From an uncultured Gammaproteobacteria bacterium (GTDB lineage Bacteria; Patescibacteriota; Microgenomatia; UBA8517): a stretch of DNA of 64,000 bases. The number at the start of each line of letters is the position of its first letter. The first letter of the stretch is position 1. Shown one piece after another: positions 48,245-57,537 of this stretch. The position numbers were made by a program, and so were the translations under genes. The stretch is from NCBI GenBank assembly GCA_964645605.1, contig CAZYCE010000004.1:3934-67933 (forward strand), read 5' to 3'. A model generated the notes under the pieces. That model ran no database searches. It was given only the letters and a program-made list of their open reading frames with translations, and was not told where the DNA came from.

Positions 48245-49975
48245 ATGTTTAAAACACTGAAGATTTTTTTTAGGTTTATTTTTCGTAAAAAACTGGTTTA
48301 CATACTGGTTATTGCCCTTGTGGTTATAACCTCAATTCTCCAAAGCATTACTCCCTATTTTCTAAAACTCTTTGTAGACACGATACCCGAGCTCAATTAT
48401 CAAAGTTTACTCAATATTCTATTTGTATATATTGCCGTTGTGGCAGGCTCCCTCATCACTGACGTTGCAAGCGGATGGCTGGGAGATGTAGTGCTCCTTG
48501 ACGCGGCAAGGGATGCAAGAACAGAAATTTTTAAACATGTGCAGGATCTGGATTTCGGATTCCACTCGGGAAAATCCACCGGGAGTCTTATTTCCGCCTT
48601 CAAACGCGGAGACGGAGCATTCTTTGACTTATTTCAAACTCTACATTTCAATCTTTTGAGTGTAATCGTAACAACCTGCGTTATGGTCTTTTTCTTTACA
48701 AAAGTAAATCTCTATATTGCGATTTTGATGCTTGGTGCCGTTACTCTAACCGTAATTGCAACCAGATTTTTGATTATGAATAACGTCAGAAGACGGAATG
48801 AGTTTAACAATGTGGAGGATGTCGTTTCCGGAATCATTACCGACAATATGATTAATTACGAGACCGTAAAGCTTTTTGCCAAAGAAAAATGGGAGGTCAC
48901 AAGGTTAAAAGACGCATTTAAAAACTGGACAAAAAAACTTTGGGGTTATGCAAACTCATTCAGATATATCGATATCACACTGGGAATAATCATTAACACA
49001 AGCACATTTTTAGTAATGTTTATAATGCTTTCTCTTACCGCCAAAGGAACTATAAATGTAGGTGATTTTGTATTGATTGTTGGGTTTATCGGGATATTTT
49101 TTCCGAAACTCTGGAATTTGGTCTGGAGCACCAGAAATATCGCCAAAAACTACGCGGACTTGGAAAAATACTTCGGCCTTCTTGATGAAGCTATCGAGGT
49201 CGAAGATCCGAAAAATCCGGTCGTTATCGATCATGTATATGGTGAAATTGCTTTTAAAAATGTCAACTTTGCATACAAAAACAGGTCTAGGAACGCCATT
49301 AACAGACTCACCCTCAAGATTGAACAAGGCCAATCCGTTGCGCTTGTCGGTAGAAGCGGTTCCGGAAAAACCACGCTAGTTAAACTCTTAATGAGATTTT
49401 ATGACGTCACAAGTGGTGAAATCACAATTGATGGAATTAATATTAAAGACTTTACAAAAGATACATTGAGAGGATTTATCGGCATGGTTCCCCAGGAACC
49501 GATCCTTTTTAACAACACGATTGCATACAACATCGGCTATGGAAAAAATCATGCCAAACTAAAGGAGATTCGAGAAGCCGCAAAAATTGCCAATATTGAC
49601 GATTTTATTCAGAGTTTGCCAAAAAAGTACGAAACTGAGGTTGGCGAACGCGGAGTCAAACTTTCCGGGGGCCAAAAACAGCGCCTGGCTATTGCCCGCA
49701 TGATCCTAAGCGATCCCGATATTGTCATTTTTGACGAGGCAACAAGCCAGCTTGACAGTGAATCAGAAAAACTTATACAGGACGCTTTCTGGAAAGCCAG
49801 GGCCGGAAAAACCACTATTATTGTTGCCCACAGGCTTTCGACCATAATGCGCGCCGATAAAATTGTGGTCATGGAAAAAGGCAAAATTAAGGAAATTGGA
49901 ACTCACAAGAGCTTACTCGCCAAAAAGGATTCCCTTTACTCACATTTTTGGAATTTACAAATTAAATTGGACTAG
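48245..49975 (+). CDS. ABC exporter (fused TMD and NBD)
   Basis: Six TM, GRSGSGKT, LSGGQKQR, DEATS, AHRLST. Confidence 0.95.
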   Translation: MFKTLKIFFRFIFRKKLVYILVIALVVITSILQSITPYFLKLFVDTIPELNYQSLLNILFVYIAVVAGSLITDVASGWLGDVVLLDAARDARTEIFKHVQDLDFGFHSGKSTGSLISAFKRGDGAFFDLFQTLHFNLLSVIVTTCVMVFFFTKVNLYIAILMLGAVTLTVIATRFLIMNNVRRRNEFNNVEDVVSGIITDNMINYETVKLFAKEKWEVTRLKDAFKNWTKKLWGYANSFRYIDITLGIIINTSTFLVMFIMLSLTAKGTINVGDFVLIVGFIGIFFPKLWNLVWSTRNIAKNYADLEKYFGLLDEAIEVEDPKNPVVIDHVYGEIAFKNVNFAYKNRSRNAINRLTLKIEQGQSVALVGRSGSGKTTLVKLLMRFYDVTSGEITIDGINIKDFTKDTLRGFIGMVPQEPILFNNTIAYNIGYGKNHAKLKEIREAAKIANIDDFIQSLPKKYETEVGERGVKLSGGQKQRLAIARMILSDPDIVIFDEATSQLDSESEKLIQDAFWKARAGKTTIIVAHRLSTIMRADKIVVMEKGKIKEIGTHKSLLAKKDSLYSHFWNLQIKLD

Positions 49976-49977
49976 TA

Positions 49978-50118
49978 AAATTCCAAATAACAAATTACAA
50001 GTTCCAAACAATAAACAATCTAAAAATTACAATTTTATTTTGGATGCCAACATTTGTGATTTATAATTTTTGTCCCCTTTGTTTGTAATTTGGGTTCTTG
50101 GAATTTGGAATTTTTGAA
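49978..50118. repeat. Inverted pair of heptamer-periodic repeat arms
   Basis: Left arm TTCCAAA TAACAAA TTACAAG TTCCAAA; right arm TTTGTAA TTTGGGT TCTTGGAA TTTGGAA. Confidence 0.65.
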
Positions 50119-50120
50119 GT

Positions 50121-50339
50121 TTATTCTTCCTTGGCCTGCATTCCGAGAAGCCAAAGGACAGCTTCCTTTTTGTATCTTCGATCTCCCCTGGAGTTAATGC
50201 GGATAGCCGGGAGCTTGCCACGTTTTCCCCATCTTTTGATGGTTAGGGGCGAAACACGGAGCAAATCGCTGACTTCACGAACCGTGAGTAAATCCGGGAG
50301 ATCTTCCAACTTGATTTTCTTTTTAGTATTTTGATCCAT
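50121..50339 (-). CDS. Excisionase/BldC-like HTH DNA-binding protein
   Basis: LLTVREV..LLRVS..TIKRW...GKL.A.R...G.RRY. Confidence 0.9.
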   Translation of the reverse strand: MDQNTKKKIKLEDLPDLLTVREVSDLLRVSPLTIKRWGKRGKLPAIRINSRGDRRYKKEAVLWLLGMQAKEE

Positions 50340-50381
50340 TTATATATTGTCCCCTGCCTAAGACCTAACTATCTTAGTCAG

Positions 50382-50410
50382 AATATATCGAAGAGGTTCA
50401 CCACTGTCAA
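50382..50410 (-). promoter_or_regulatory. Sigma70 promoter TTGACA-17-TATATT for the HTH gene
   Basis: Consensus -35 with 17-bp spacer. Confidence 0.7.
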
Positions 50411-50439
50411 TAGGGAATTTGTGGTTTAATGGCTGGTGA

Positions 50440-51060
50440 TTAAATACTGCCTATTATCACTTCCCCATCATGGAAAGTTTTAAATGGAATATTGTTCTTT
50501 TTGTAATAAAAAACCTCCTTACCCACTCCAGCGGATTCAGGGTGATCGGATTCAAAATGAGGCACAAACATATAATCTAAAATTCCCAAACCGTCCCAAA
50601 TAATTCCAGGGTCATATCCGGAACTTAAAACTTTCGGATCATCAACTATTTCCATACCCTTTAGGCCTGGAGAAAGTACGCAACATCCGGCACTATAGCC
50701 TGCATAGACAAAGTCAGGCTCGTCTTTTTGACCTATAAGCCATTTATCAAATTCGCTTTGGGAGAAAGCTCTTCGAAGTAAAAACACATTTCCGCCCCGG
50801 ACATAAATAGCTTTAAATTCGGATATTTTCTCTTTCAATTCCTCGGGCTTGCCAAAATATTTGCGTAAATCAATTTCGGCAGGGCTTAGTCCAGTTGATT
50901 TTAACTCCTTGTAGTTTTCCTGTATTCTCTCTTCCCTCAGCTCAACATCTAAAAAATCTATTGCATTGCCGATAACGGCAATTTTATTACCGTGTCCAAC
51001 CATTTCTGCCAATTTTTCCGGATGATTCCCAAGCCTGTATGAAGAAAGATAAAGTTTCAT
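50440..51060 (-). CDS. Peptidase E (S51) family protein
   Basis: V.GGN.F.L, GYSAG, VPH. Confidence 0.88.
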   Translation of the reverse strand: MKLYLSSYRLGNHPEKLAEMVGHGNKIAVIGNAIDFLDVELREERIQENYKELKSTGLSPAEIDLRKYFGKPEELKEKISEFKAIYVRGGNVFLLRRAFSQSEFDKWLIGQKDEPDFVYAGYSAGCCVLSPGLKGMEIVDDPKVLSSGYDPGIIWDGLGILDYMFVPHFESDHPESAGVGKEVFYYKKNNIPFKTFHDGEVIIGSI

Positions 51061-51221
51061 TTAAAGAAATTTCTCGTAAACTACAAAACTCCGCTTAAAG
51101 TGGTGTTTTGAGTATAACACTTGTTTCTTATTTTAATGAACAATCATTTATCATATTTTCATTGTTTCGTACTCTTACCTGTAATTGCTTGCAAGATCCG
51201 GTCTTAAACTATTATTTAATA

Positions 51222-51731
51222 ATGCCATCAAAATACTCCATTAGAACTCATGCTGAAAATACTACTTACCACATCTATAATTGTGGAGTTGAATAAAGAA
51301 AAATATTTTTAGATGAGCAAGATTATAAAGTTTTCTTAGGTTATTTAAAAGAATACTTATCCCCACCGGTAAAACCGGGGGACGTAAACAAAAAGGTATT
51401 CCGCTTGCGAGACCGGATCTTTGAAGCAGTACCGCAACTGCCCAATTATTACTTTAGCCAAATAGATTTACTCGCCTATTGTTTGATGCCAAACCATATA
51501 CATCTTCTAATTAAACAGAATGACGATAAAGTTTTAATCTACCGAAAAGCAGGAATAGCGATTCTTTATAGACCAAGTGAAAATAAAATTATAAACATTG
51601 CGCCTGTATCCAACACTTCCGTATCAGCAACACCAACGGTACAAGAAATTTAACCCATAACTGAACCCACAACTACTCCAACCGTTAAACCAACCATAGT
51701 TCCGGAAACCACGCCACAAGCAATCCCGTAA
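51222..51731 (+). pseudogene. Y1/RAYT-type HUH transposase fragment fused to the tail of an unrelated gene
   Basis: YHIYNCGVE*RKIFLDEQDY..F..AYCLMPNHIHLLIKQ; TAA at 51294; then KVLIY..AILYRPS.NKII and a Pro/Thr tail. Confidence 0.8.
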
Positions 51732-51735
51732 GAGA

Positions 51736-53010
51736 TTAGGCTACACGTTCTTTTAAAGCTGAGTAATACTTTTGAAGATAATCTTCTGCCCTGTCCCAAT
51801 GTTCCTCCCCCATACCGGCAAGTGCCAGATTCTTTTCCACGCCGGCCAATACTCTCAAACGTGCCGCCTTTGTAGCCTGAAGAAGCGAAATCCTATACAG
51901 TTCCGCCAAATGTTCGCACGCCAATTCTTCGGCATCAGCAGCCGCTTTAAAGGTATCTTTGCCCTTCATCTTTTTGGCAAAATCAACTTCCATTGAAGCG
52001 GCGATCTTGGGTTCAAAAGCAAGCTTTATCTCACCTTTTATAAGTTCGTAAAACTTTTTCATTTTTTCCTTTGCTTTATCCCATTTTTCATCATTTTCTT
52101 CAATTAATGCCTCAACTAAATATTTAACCGCTTCTTTTGCTAATTTCTTCGAAATTCCGTACTGTTCAATTAAATGATCAATTGCATAGTCCCTGAATCT
52201 GACACCTTCAGGAATTTTACTAAGCCTCCACCAGGAAAGCTCAAGTTTAGCGGTTAGTTTGGGGTCAAAAACAAAATGTGTAGCGCTATCATTCCCCCCA
52301 AACCTGCGCCTACGTCTTGAATAATCAAGCACAACATCGGCAAGTTTTCTTGGAGTCATGTCGGGAAGATTGGACTGCTCCCAATAATATTCCGCATAAT
52401 TCAGCTGCCAGGGCATAAAACCGCTGGTTCTTTGTTCTCCTGATGTCCTCAAAAAAAGATCAACGTACGGATAAGGCTGATCCCCTGTATCAAGATAGGA
52501 AGCAAAAAGCTTCTCGTCAATCTTATCCGCAGGTATTTTGTCGGTTGCAATTTTTTTGACGGCCCGGAGAATCTCATCGTGTCCGCCGTAGTCCAAAGCC
52601 ACATTGAAAATGTGGTTTTTGTTGTTCTTAGTTTTTTCTTCAACTTCTCTTATATATTTAACCAAATTTTCCGGTAGCCTATCTTTCCTGCCTAAATGAA
52701 CAAAGCGGACATCGTCGTCTTTGGCCTCATCCTCAACCACTTTAACCATCTTTTTAAAAAGTTTAAAAAGGTAAGATATTTCTTCTTGTGAGCGATCCCA
52801 ATTTTCGGTGGAAAATCCCCAAACCGTGAATGTATGAACCCCCCACTCCCGTGATGCCCTGGCCATTGCCATACCGGCATCAAAACCGGCCTTATGGCCT
52901 GATAAGGTAGGTAGTCCGCGGGCCCTGGCCCAACGCCTATTACCATCCAGAATTATTGCGATGTGGTTCGGAACAATCGTTCCTTTAGGAAGAGTAACTT
53001 TATCCTGCAT
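51736..53010 (-). CDS. uppS: Undecaprenyl diphosphate synthase with C-terminal extension
   Basis: HIAIILDGNRRWA, FSTENW.R, RTSGEQR.SGF. Confidence 0.93.
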   Translation of the reverse strand: MQDKVTLPKGTIVPNHIAIILDGNRRWARARGLPTLSGHKAGFDAGMAMARASREWGVHTFTVWGFSTENWDRSQEEISYLFKLFKKMVKVVEDEAKDDDVRFVHLGRKDRLPENLVKYIREVEEKTKNNKNHIFNVALDYGGHDEILRAVKKIATDKIPADKIDEKLFASYLDTGDQPYPYVDLFLRTSGEQRTSGFMPWQLNYAEYYWEQSNLPDMTPRKLADVVLDYSRRRRRFGGNDSATHFVFDPKLTAKLELSWWRLSKIPEGVRFRDYAIDHLIEQYGISKKLAKEAVKYLVEALIEENDEKWDKAKEKMKKFYELIKGEIKLAFEPKIAASMEVDFAKKMKGKDTFKAAADAEELACEHLAELYRISLLQATKAARLRVLAGVEKNLALAGMGEEHWDRAEDYLQKYYSALKERVA

Positions 53011-53677
53011 AACTTTTGATTATACCAGCAATGTCATCTCTGTTCACAATTTTCCAACCTTTTTCTTTTGCAATAGCCTTCAGTCGCGAGTTAGGTTCCA
53101 TTGCAAGAGGAAAATCTACCTTATTAAGCATGTCCGCATCGTTTTCTGAATCACCCACTGCAATCGAACCCACTTTTCCATACTTGGATATCAAATCAGA
53201 CACTATTCCTTTATTACCCCCCAAACTACGTTTCACTATTCCGGTAAACAGGCCATCTTTTACCTCCGCTATCGACGAAAGGTATTTTTTAACTCCAAAA
53301 ATGTTTCCCAAAGCTTCACACATAAACTGGAAATTGGTTGTTACAAAATAAATATCATAGGCGTTTTTAATTTTAAAGGTAACTTCTTCGAAATATGGAA
53401 AAAATTTGTCTTTATTGCGGATTAAAAGATCAGCAATATCCTTAAGTATGGTATCGTAGGTTTTTCCTTTAACTGCCTGAGCGTAAACATCAAGCATCCC
53501 ATCCGCCATCTGTTTGTAATTTTTTTTACCTGATTTATATTCGTTCAACTCAAAAAGAATTTTATCCCAGGTTCCCTTTGGAACTACTCTCCTCCTTTCT
53601 TGGTCCCGAATTTGATCAAAAATGGTATGCCCGTCATAAATTACTCCGTCTATGTCAAAAAGCGCCAGTTTTTTCAC
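53000..53677 (-). CDS. HAD-family phosphatase (SerB-like, IB)
   Basis: FDIDG, K, GDSEND..ML. Confidence 0.85.
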   Translation of the reverse strand: MKKLALFDIDGVIYDGHTIFDQIRDQERRRVVPKGTWDKILFELNEYKSGKKNYKQMADGMLDVYAQAVKGKTYDTILKDIADLLIRNKDKFFPYFEEVTFKIKNAYDIYFVTTNFQFMCEALGNIFGVKKYLSSIAEVKDGLFTGIVKRSLGGNKGIVSDLISKYGKVGSIAVGDSENDADMLNKVDFPLAMEPNSRLKAIAKEKGWKIVNRDDIAGIIKSYAG

Positions 53678-54180
53678 AGTCTTTCCAATATTATTTTAAA
53701 CCAGGGTGTGTATTTTTTAGGATTTTTCTTTAAATCTTTCTCCAATTCTTTGATTCCTACCCATTCAAACCCTGCTACTTCATCAGGGTTGGGCTTGATG
53801 GGACCGTCATAAAACCCTAAAAAAACATGGTCTATTTCGTGTTCTCCCCAAACTTTGTTATCCATCTTAGCCTCGTATGTGAAGCCAAAAACTTCGGTAA
53901 GAGGGGTCTTAAAGCCCAATTCCTCGAAAATACGTCTTTCGGCAGCTTTTTGATAGGTTTCTTTCAGGTAAGGATGCGAACAAACCGCGTTGCTCCAGGA
54001 TCCACCCCAGGTGGGTTTGGTGAATGCCCGTTTTGCTATAAGCATCTTCTTTTTATCCGGACTAAGTATTACTATGGATATAGCCCTGTGAAGTGCGACA
54101 GGGATTTTGTGGGTAGCAAATTTCTCCTTAAATCCTAAAACATTATCTTTGTCATCCACCAGGACCATGGGTTTTTCCAT
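53674..54180 (-). CDS. idi: Isopentenyl-diphosphate isomerase type 1
   Basis: LHRA.S, W.N..CSHP, EELG, EHEIDHVF, TPWF. Confidence 0.93.
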   Translation of the reverse strand: MEKPMVLVDDKDNVLGFKEKFATHKIPVALHRAISIVILSPDKKKMLIAKRAFTKPTWGGSWSNAVCSHPYLKETYQKAAERRIFEELGFKTPLTEVFGFTYEAKMDNKVWGEHEIDHVFLGFYDGPIKPNPDEVAGFEWVGIKELEKDLKKNPKKYTPWFKIILERL

Positions 54181-54184
54181 AAAT

Positions 54185-55156
54185 TTATTCTATTATACGG
54201 GTTCCGGCCGAAACTTTGTTTACAATCACGCTTTTGAGTCCTCTTATTTCCTTAAGTCTTCTCTTAATACCAGTGACATTTTTTCCCTCGCAAATAATAT
54301 GGACATTCGGCCCCGCATCAATTGTAAAATACGCCTCAACACCCTTTTCTCTTAAGCCCGCAACCAATCTCATAACCTCAAGCGTTCCGGGAAGCCAATA
54401 ATATAAAGGCGGCTTACTTGTCATCATTACCGCATGCATATTAATTGCCTCCGCCTCGATTATTTCGCCGAATTTCGTAAAATCCTTATTTTTTAATGCT
54501 GATTTTATCTCTTTAACTTTTTTAGGCATTCCGGCAATTCTAGCCCGATAAAAAGGACTGCCGGCAGCCAGTGCGTGCCCCTCGCTTGAGCTGACTTTTT
54601 TATCTTTATTACCGATAACTGCAATAACATCACGGATATCCCAATACCCTGTTGGGTAAAGGCAGCGGGCATATGATTCTTTACCGGTCTTGCCAAACTT
54701 CCATTCAACGATTCCGTCCGGAATCGATCGGCAGGCAGAGCCCGACCCAAGTCTTGCCAAAATCGAAAGCTCTCTTTCGGAGAGATCAAGTCCTGCCGCA
54801 GCGGCTCCGGCCGCAGTCAGTGCGGCAAATCCGGATGCCGAAGAGGCCATTCCGGCTCCCTTCGGAAAGCTATTTTTACTTACTACACGGGCAAAAGTAT
54901 TTATTCCGGCTTCTTTTCTTATAATACCGAGGTGGTTGACCACCCTTGCCTCCTCTATTCCGGCCGCTTTTTTGCCGTTTATAACTACCAGATCTTTTTT
55001 AAGATTTTTGTCGAATTCTACGGATGTGGTGGTATAGGCTTCCGATAAATTCATCGAAATGGATGAGTTTGCGGGAAGCCTTAGTTCTTCATTTATCTTT
55101 CCCCAATACTTTATAAAGGCGATGTTTGCTGGGGCCACGGCTACTTTTTTCATCAT
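54185..55156 (-). CDS. mvaD: Diphosphomevalonate decarboxylase
   Basis: NIAFIKYWGK, GMASSASG, GSGSACRS, DAGPNVH. Confidence 0.93.
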   Translation of the reverse strand: MMKKVAVAPANIAFIKYWGKINEELRLPANSSISMNLSEAYTTTSVEFDKNLKKDLVVINGKKAAGIEEARVVNHLGIIRKEAGINTFARVVSKNSFPKGAGMASSASGFAALTAAGAAAAGLDLSERELSILARLGSGSACRSIPDGIVEWKFGKTGKESYARCLYPTGYWDIRDVIAVIGNKDKKVSSSEGHALAAGSPFYRARIAGMPKKVKEIKSALKNKDFTKFGEIIEAEAINMHAVMMTSKPPLYYWLPGTLEVMRLVAGLREKGVEAYFTIDAGPNVHIICEGKNVTGIKRRLKEIRGLKSVIVNKVSAGTRIIE

Positions 55157-55157
55157 C

Positions 55158-56132
55158 TTATTCTATTTTGACTCCTTCCGCATTGGATTTTACATCAAGA
55201 AACGTTCCGCCTGATTTTGTGATGGCCTTTTTAATAAGGTTAGTCAGGATTGGGTCGGCAATAGCAATCATACAATCCCCTCCTCCGGCGCCGGAAAGTT
55301 TTGCTCCGTATGCACCTGACCCGACCGCGGCGGCAATCAAGCCGTCGAGTTTCTCACTACTAACCCCGATTTGAGCCAAAAGCTTCTGGTTTTCATTCAT
55401 TAGTGCTCCCAACTTTCTGAAATCCGATGTTTCCAGGAGGCTTACCGCTTTCTCGGAAATTTTTCCGATAGAGTCAAAAATTTTATCAACATGCTTTTTA
55501 TCACCTTTCCTTAATTTGGCAACTTGCCGGACCAAAATTGTGGTATCCGCTTTAATACCAGTATAGCCAACAATCAAGGGGAGGTTCTTTATTTTGACCG
55601 GCCTAACCGTCTTTCCGCCGAAAGTATAATATAAGGTTCCTCCCCAAATTGCCGCCGCCAAATCAAACCCTGACCCCACCCCCTGGATATCCAATACAGT
55701 TTTATATGCTATATCAAACAATGATTTATTACTAACTTGTATATCAAACACTACCGATAACGCTTTTACCGTACACACCGTTACGGCTGAAGAACTACCA
55801 AAACCGAACTGACTTGAAAATTCGCTTTCGACTTCTATTTTAAGACCTGAGGATACCTTGTATTTTTTGAAAAAATTCTCAATAGCCTTTAATACAAATT
55901 TCACTTCTTTCGGATAACCGGCTTTTCCCAATTCGGAGATTTTAAAGGAGAAGTTCTCTATCCCGACTTCCGGGGCATTGATAACTATTAAATTCCCCGC
56001 CGTTTTTTCAACATATATATACATTCTCTGATTAACCGCAGTCACAATGCACGGCCTGCCGTAGATAACGGCATGTTCGCCAAAAAGCATAAGTTTTCCC
56101 GGAGCCGAAACTGTTACTGAAAGTTTACTCAT
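55158..56132 (-). CDS. mvk: Mevalonate kinase (GHMP)
   Basis: PGKLMLFGEHAV, GFGSSSA, SGFD, KLSGAGGGD. Confidence 0.85.
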   Translation of the reverse strand: MSKLSVTVSAPGKLMLFGEHAVIYGRPCIVTAVNQRMYIYVEKTAGNLIVINAPEVGIENFSFKISELGKAGYPKEVKFVLKAIENFFKKYKVSSGLKIEVESEFSSQFGFGSSSAVTVCTVKALSVVFDIQVSNKSLFDIAYKTVLDIQGVGSGFDLAAAIWGGTLYYTFGGKTVRPVKIKNLPLIVGYTGIKADTTILVRQVAKLRKGDKKHVDKIFDSIGKISEKAVSLLETSDFRKLGALMNENQKLLAQIGVSSEKLDGLIAAAVGSGAYGAKLSGAGGGDCMIAIADPILTNLIKKAITKSGGTFLDVKSNAEGVKIE

Positions 56133-56566
56133 GGTTCATCTAGATCTCGGAATATCAGTTCATTTTTAAAAGTTACATTTGACAGCCTCACCGCTTCATC
56201 TAAAACACTGAATCCGATAATTCCGTCCGGGTCCGCAGTGTCTTTTAGTAATTTTGAAGCCGCAGTAACCGCCTCCGTCTCACTCACCAAACTCCGGGAA
56301 AGCCCTTCCGTAATTAAATCTAATTTCCCAAAAAGATCGGCCCGGCTGCAATTCCATAATTTACAAGTTTCCGGCTTTCCTTTTTGGTGCAAACTGCACC
56401 CTTCCCCCATTGCACTAAGATTCGGGCATGGTGAATTTGCAGGTTTACCCACCGAAACAATCGTTCCTTCGAGTTCAATATCGGGCAAAATGCAGCAGGC
56501 ATTGCACAATTTTCCGCTCGGAAGCTCGCATCCTTCCTTACCCCAAATATTTAATCTTTCCGCCAT
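56129..56566 (-). CDS. Cys-cluster protein (YkgJ/CxxCC-like)
   Basis: CNACC..C..L...C.LH..KP..C..W.C. Confidence 0.6.
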   Translation of the reverse strand: MAERLNIWGKEGCELPSGKLCNACCILPDIELEGTIVSVGKPANSPCPNLSAMGEGCSLHQKGKPETCKLWNCSRADLFGKLDLITEGLSRSLVSETEAVTAASKLLKDTADPDGIIGFSVLDEAVRLSNVTFKNELIFRDLDEP

Positions 56567-56619
56567 TTGCGCATATTATAATCCAATCCGAACTTAATGA
56601 TATATAATTAGTCTTAAGT

Positions 56620-57159
56620 ATGAAGAAAAGTCCACGATATGGACCCGCTCCGAAGTCGTTTGTAGCGGCTTATAATGAACTGCTGCTCCCCCTGACTAAA
56701 TTTGTTATTAAAAGAATGGGTGTGGGGGAAGATGAGGCTGAAGAAATCGTAGAAGAAACTTTTGTTGCGGCATGGCGTGGCTGGAATGCATTTGAGCACA
56801 AAAGCAGTTATTTTACCTGGCTTTGCAGGATTGCTTTGAATAAAATTTCCGATTACTACCGCGACCAAGTGCATCATAAATCCAGAATTGTAGTTCCCCT
56901 AATAGAAGCACTAACCGAAACAGACAATAAATCCCTTTCTCCCGATGAAGCCTTGGCTCTCAAAGAGTTAAAAAAATCTGTAAACAAATGCCTTGATTCA
57001 ATGTCCCCTGAAAAGCGCCGGCTTTTACAATACCGATACTGGTACGATCTGTCCTATGCCGAGATAGGTAAAATTTTAAATCTAAGTGAGCGTGCGGTTG
57101 AAGGACAGATTTATCGCGCCAAAGAAGAATTCGCCAAAATATGGTCTTCAACTAAATAA
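56620..57159 (+). CDS. ECF sigma factor
   Basis: AEEIVEETF, F.TWL.RIA.N, SY.EI..L..S..AV..IYRA. Confidence 0.92.
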   Translation: MKKSPRYGPAPKSFVAAYNELLLPLTKFVIKRMGVGEDEAEEIVEETFVAAWRGWNAFEHKSSYFTWLCRIALNKISDYYRDQVHHKSRIVVPLIEALTETDNKSLSPDEALALKELKKSVNKCLDSMSPEKRRLLQYRYWYDLSYAEIGKILNLSERAVEGQIYRAKEEFAKIWSSTK

Positions 57160-57254
57160 CTTATTTACAAAACATCAGCGATCGTGAAGTTTTTGTAAAG
57201 CCATTAACACTTTTTCCCGCTTCCAATTGTCTGAACAGATTTCAACCGACAGCT

Positions 57255-57359
57255 CCAAACCGATTCCTGAAGTTGTCCAAAACCCAATTCTTTTAGTTTT
57301 GGTCTTAAAACATCTCTTTTATATCAATCCTTTTCTTTTATATCAAAAGCAACAATCAC
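57255..57359 (-). pseudogene. PaaX-like (Cas2-fold central domain) regulator fragment
   Basis: Translated by hand: VIVAFDIKEKD*YKRDVLRPKLKELGFGQLQESVW. Confidence 0.65.
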
Positions 57360-57537
57360 AAAATTTTGAATATAAAACTATATACAATTACTACACGACC
57401 GTGGAAAATTTGTAAAGTTAAATAAAATAGATCAACAAATATTGGAGGGTTATTTATATCTATATCTATATCATCTATTTTTGTATTTATATTTTTTTAT
57501 TTTGTTTAAATTATAAAAGATCTTTCCTATCAAAGAT

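Noticed and set aside
50121-50339. Prophage or ICE marked by an excisionase
   Set aside because: No integrase, att repeats or phage genes nearby.
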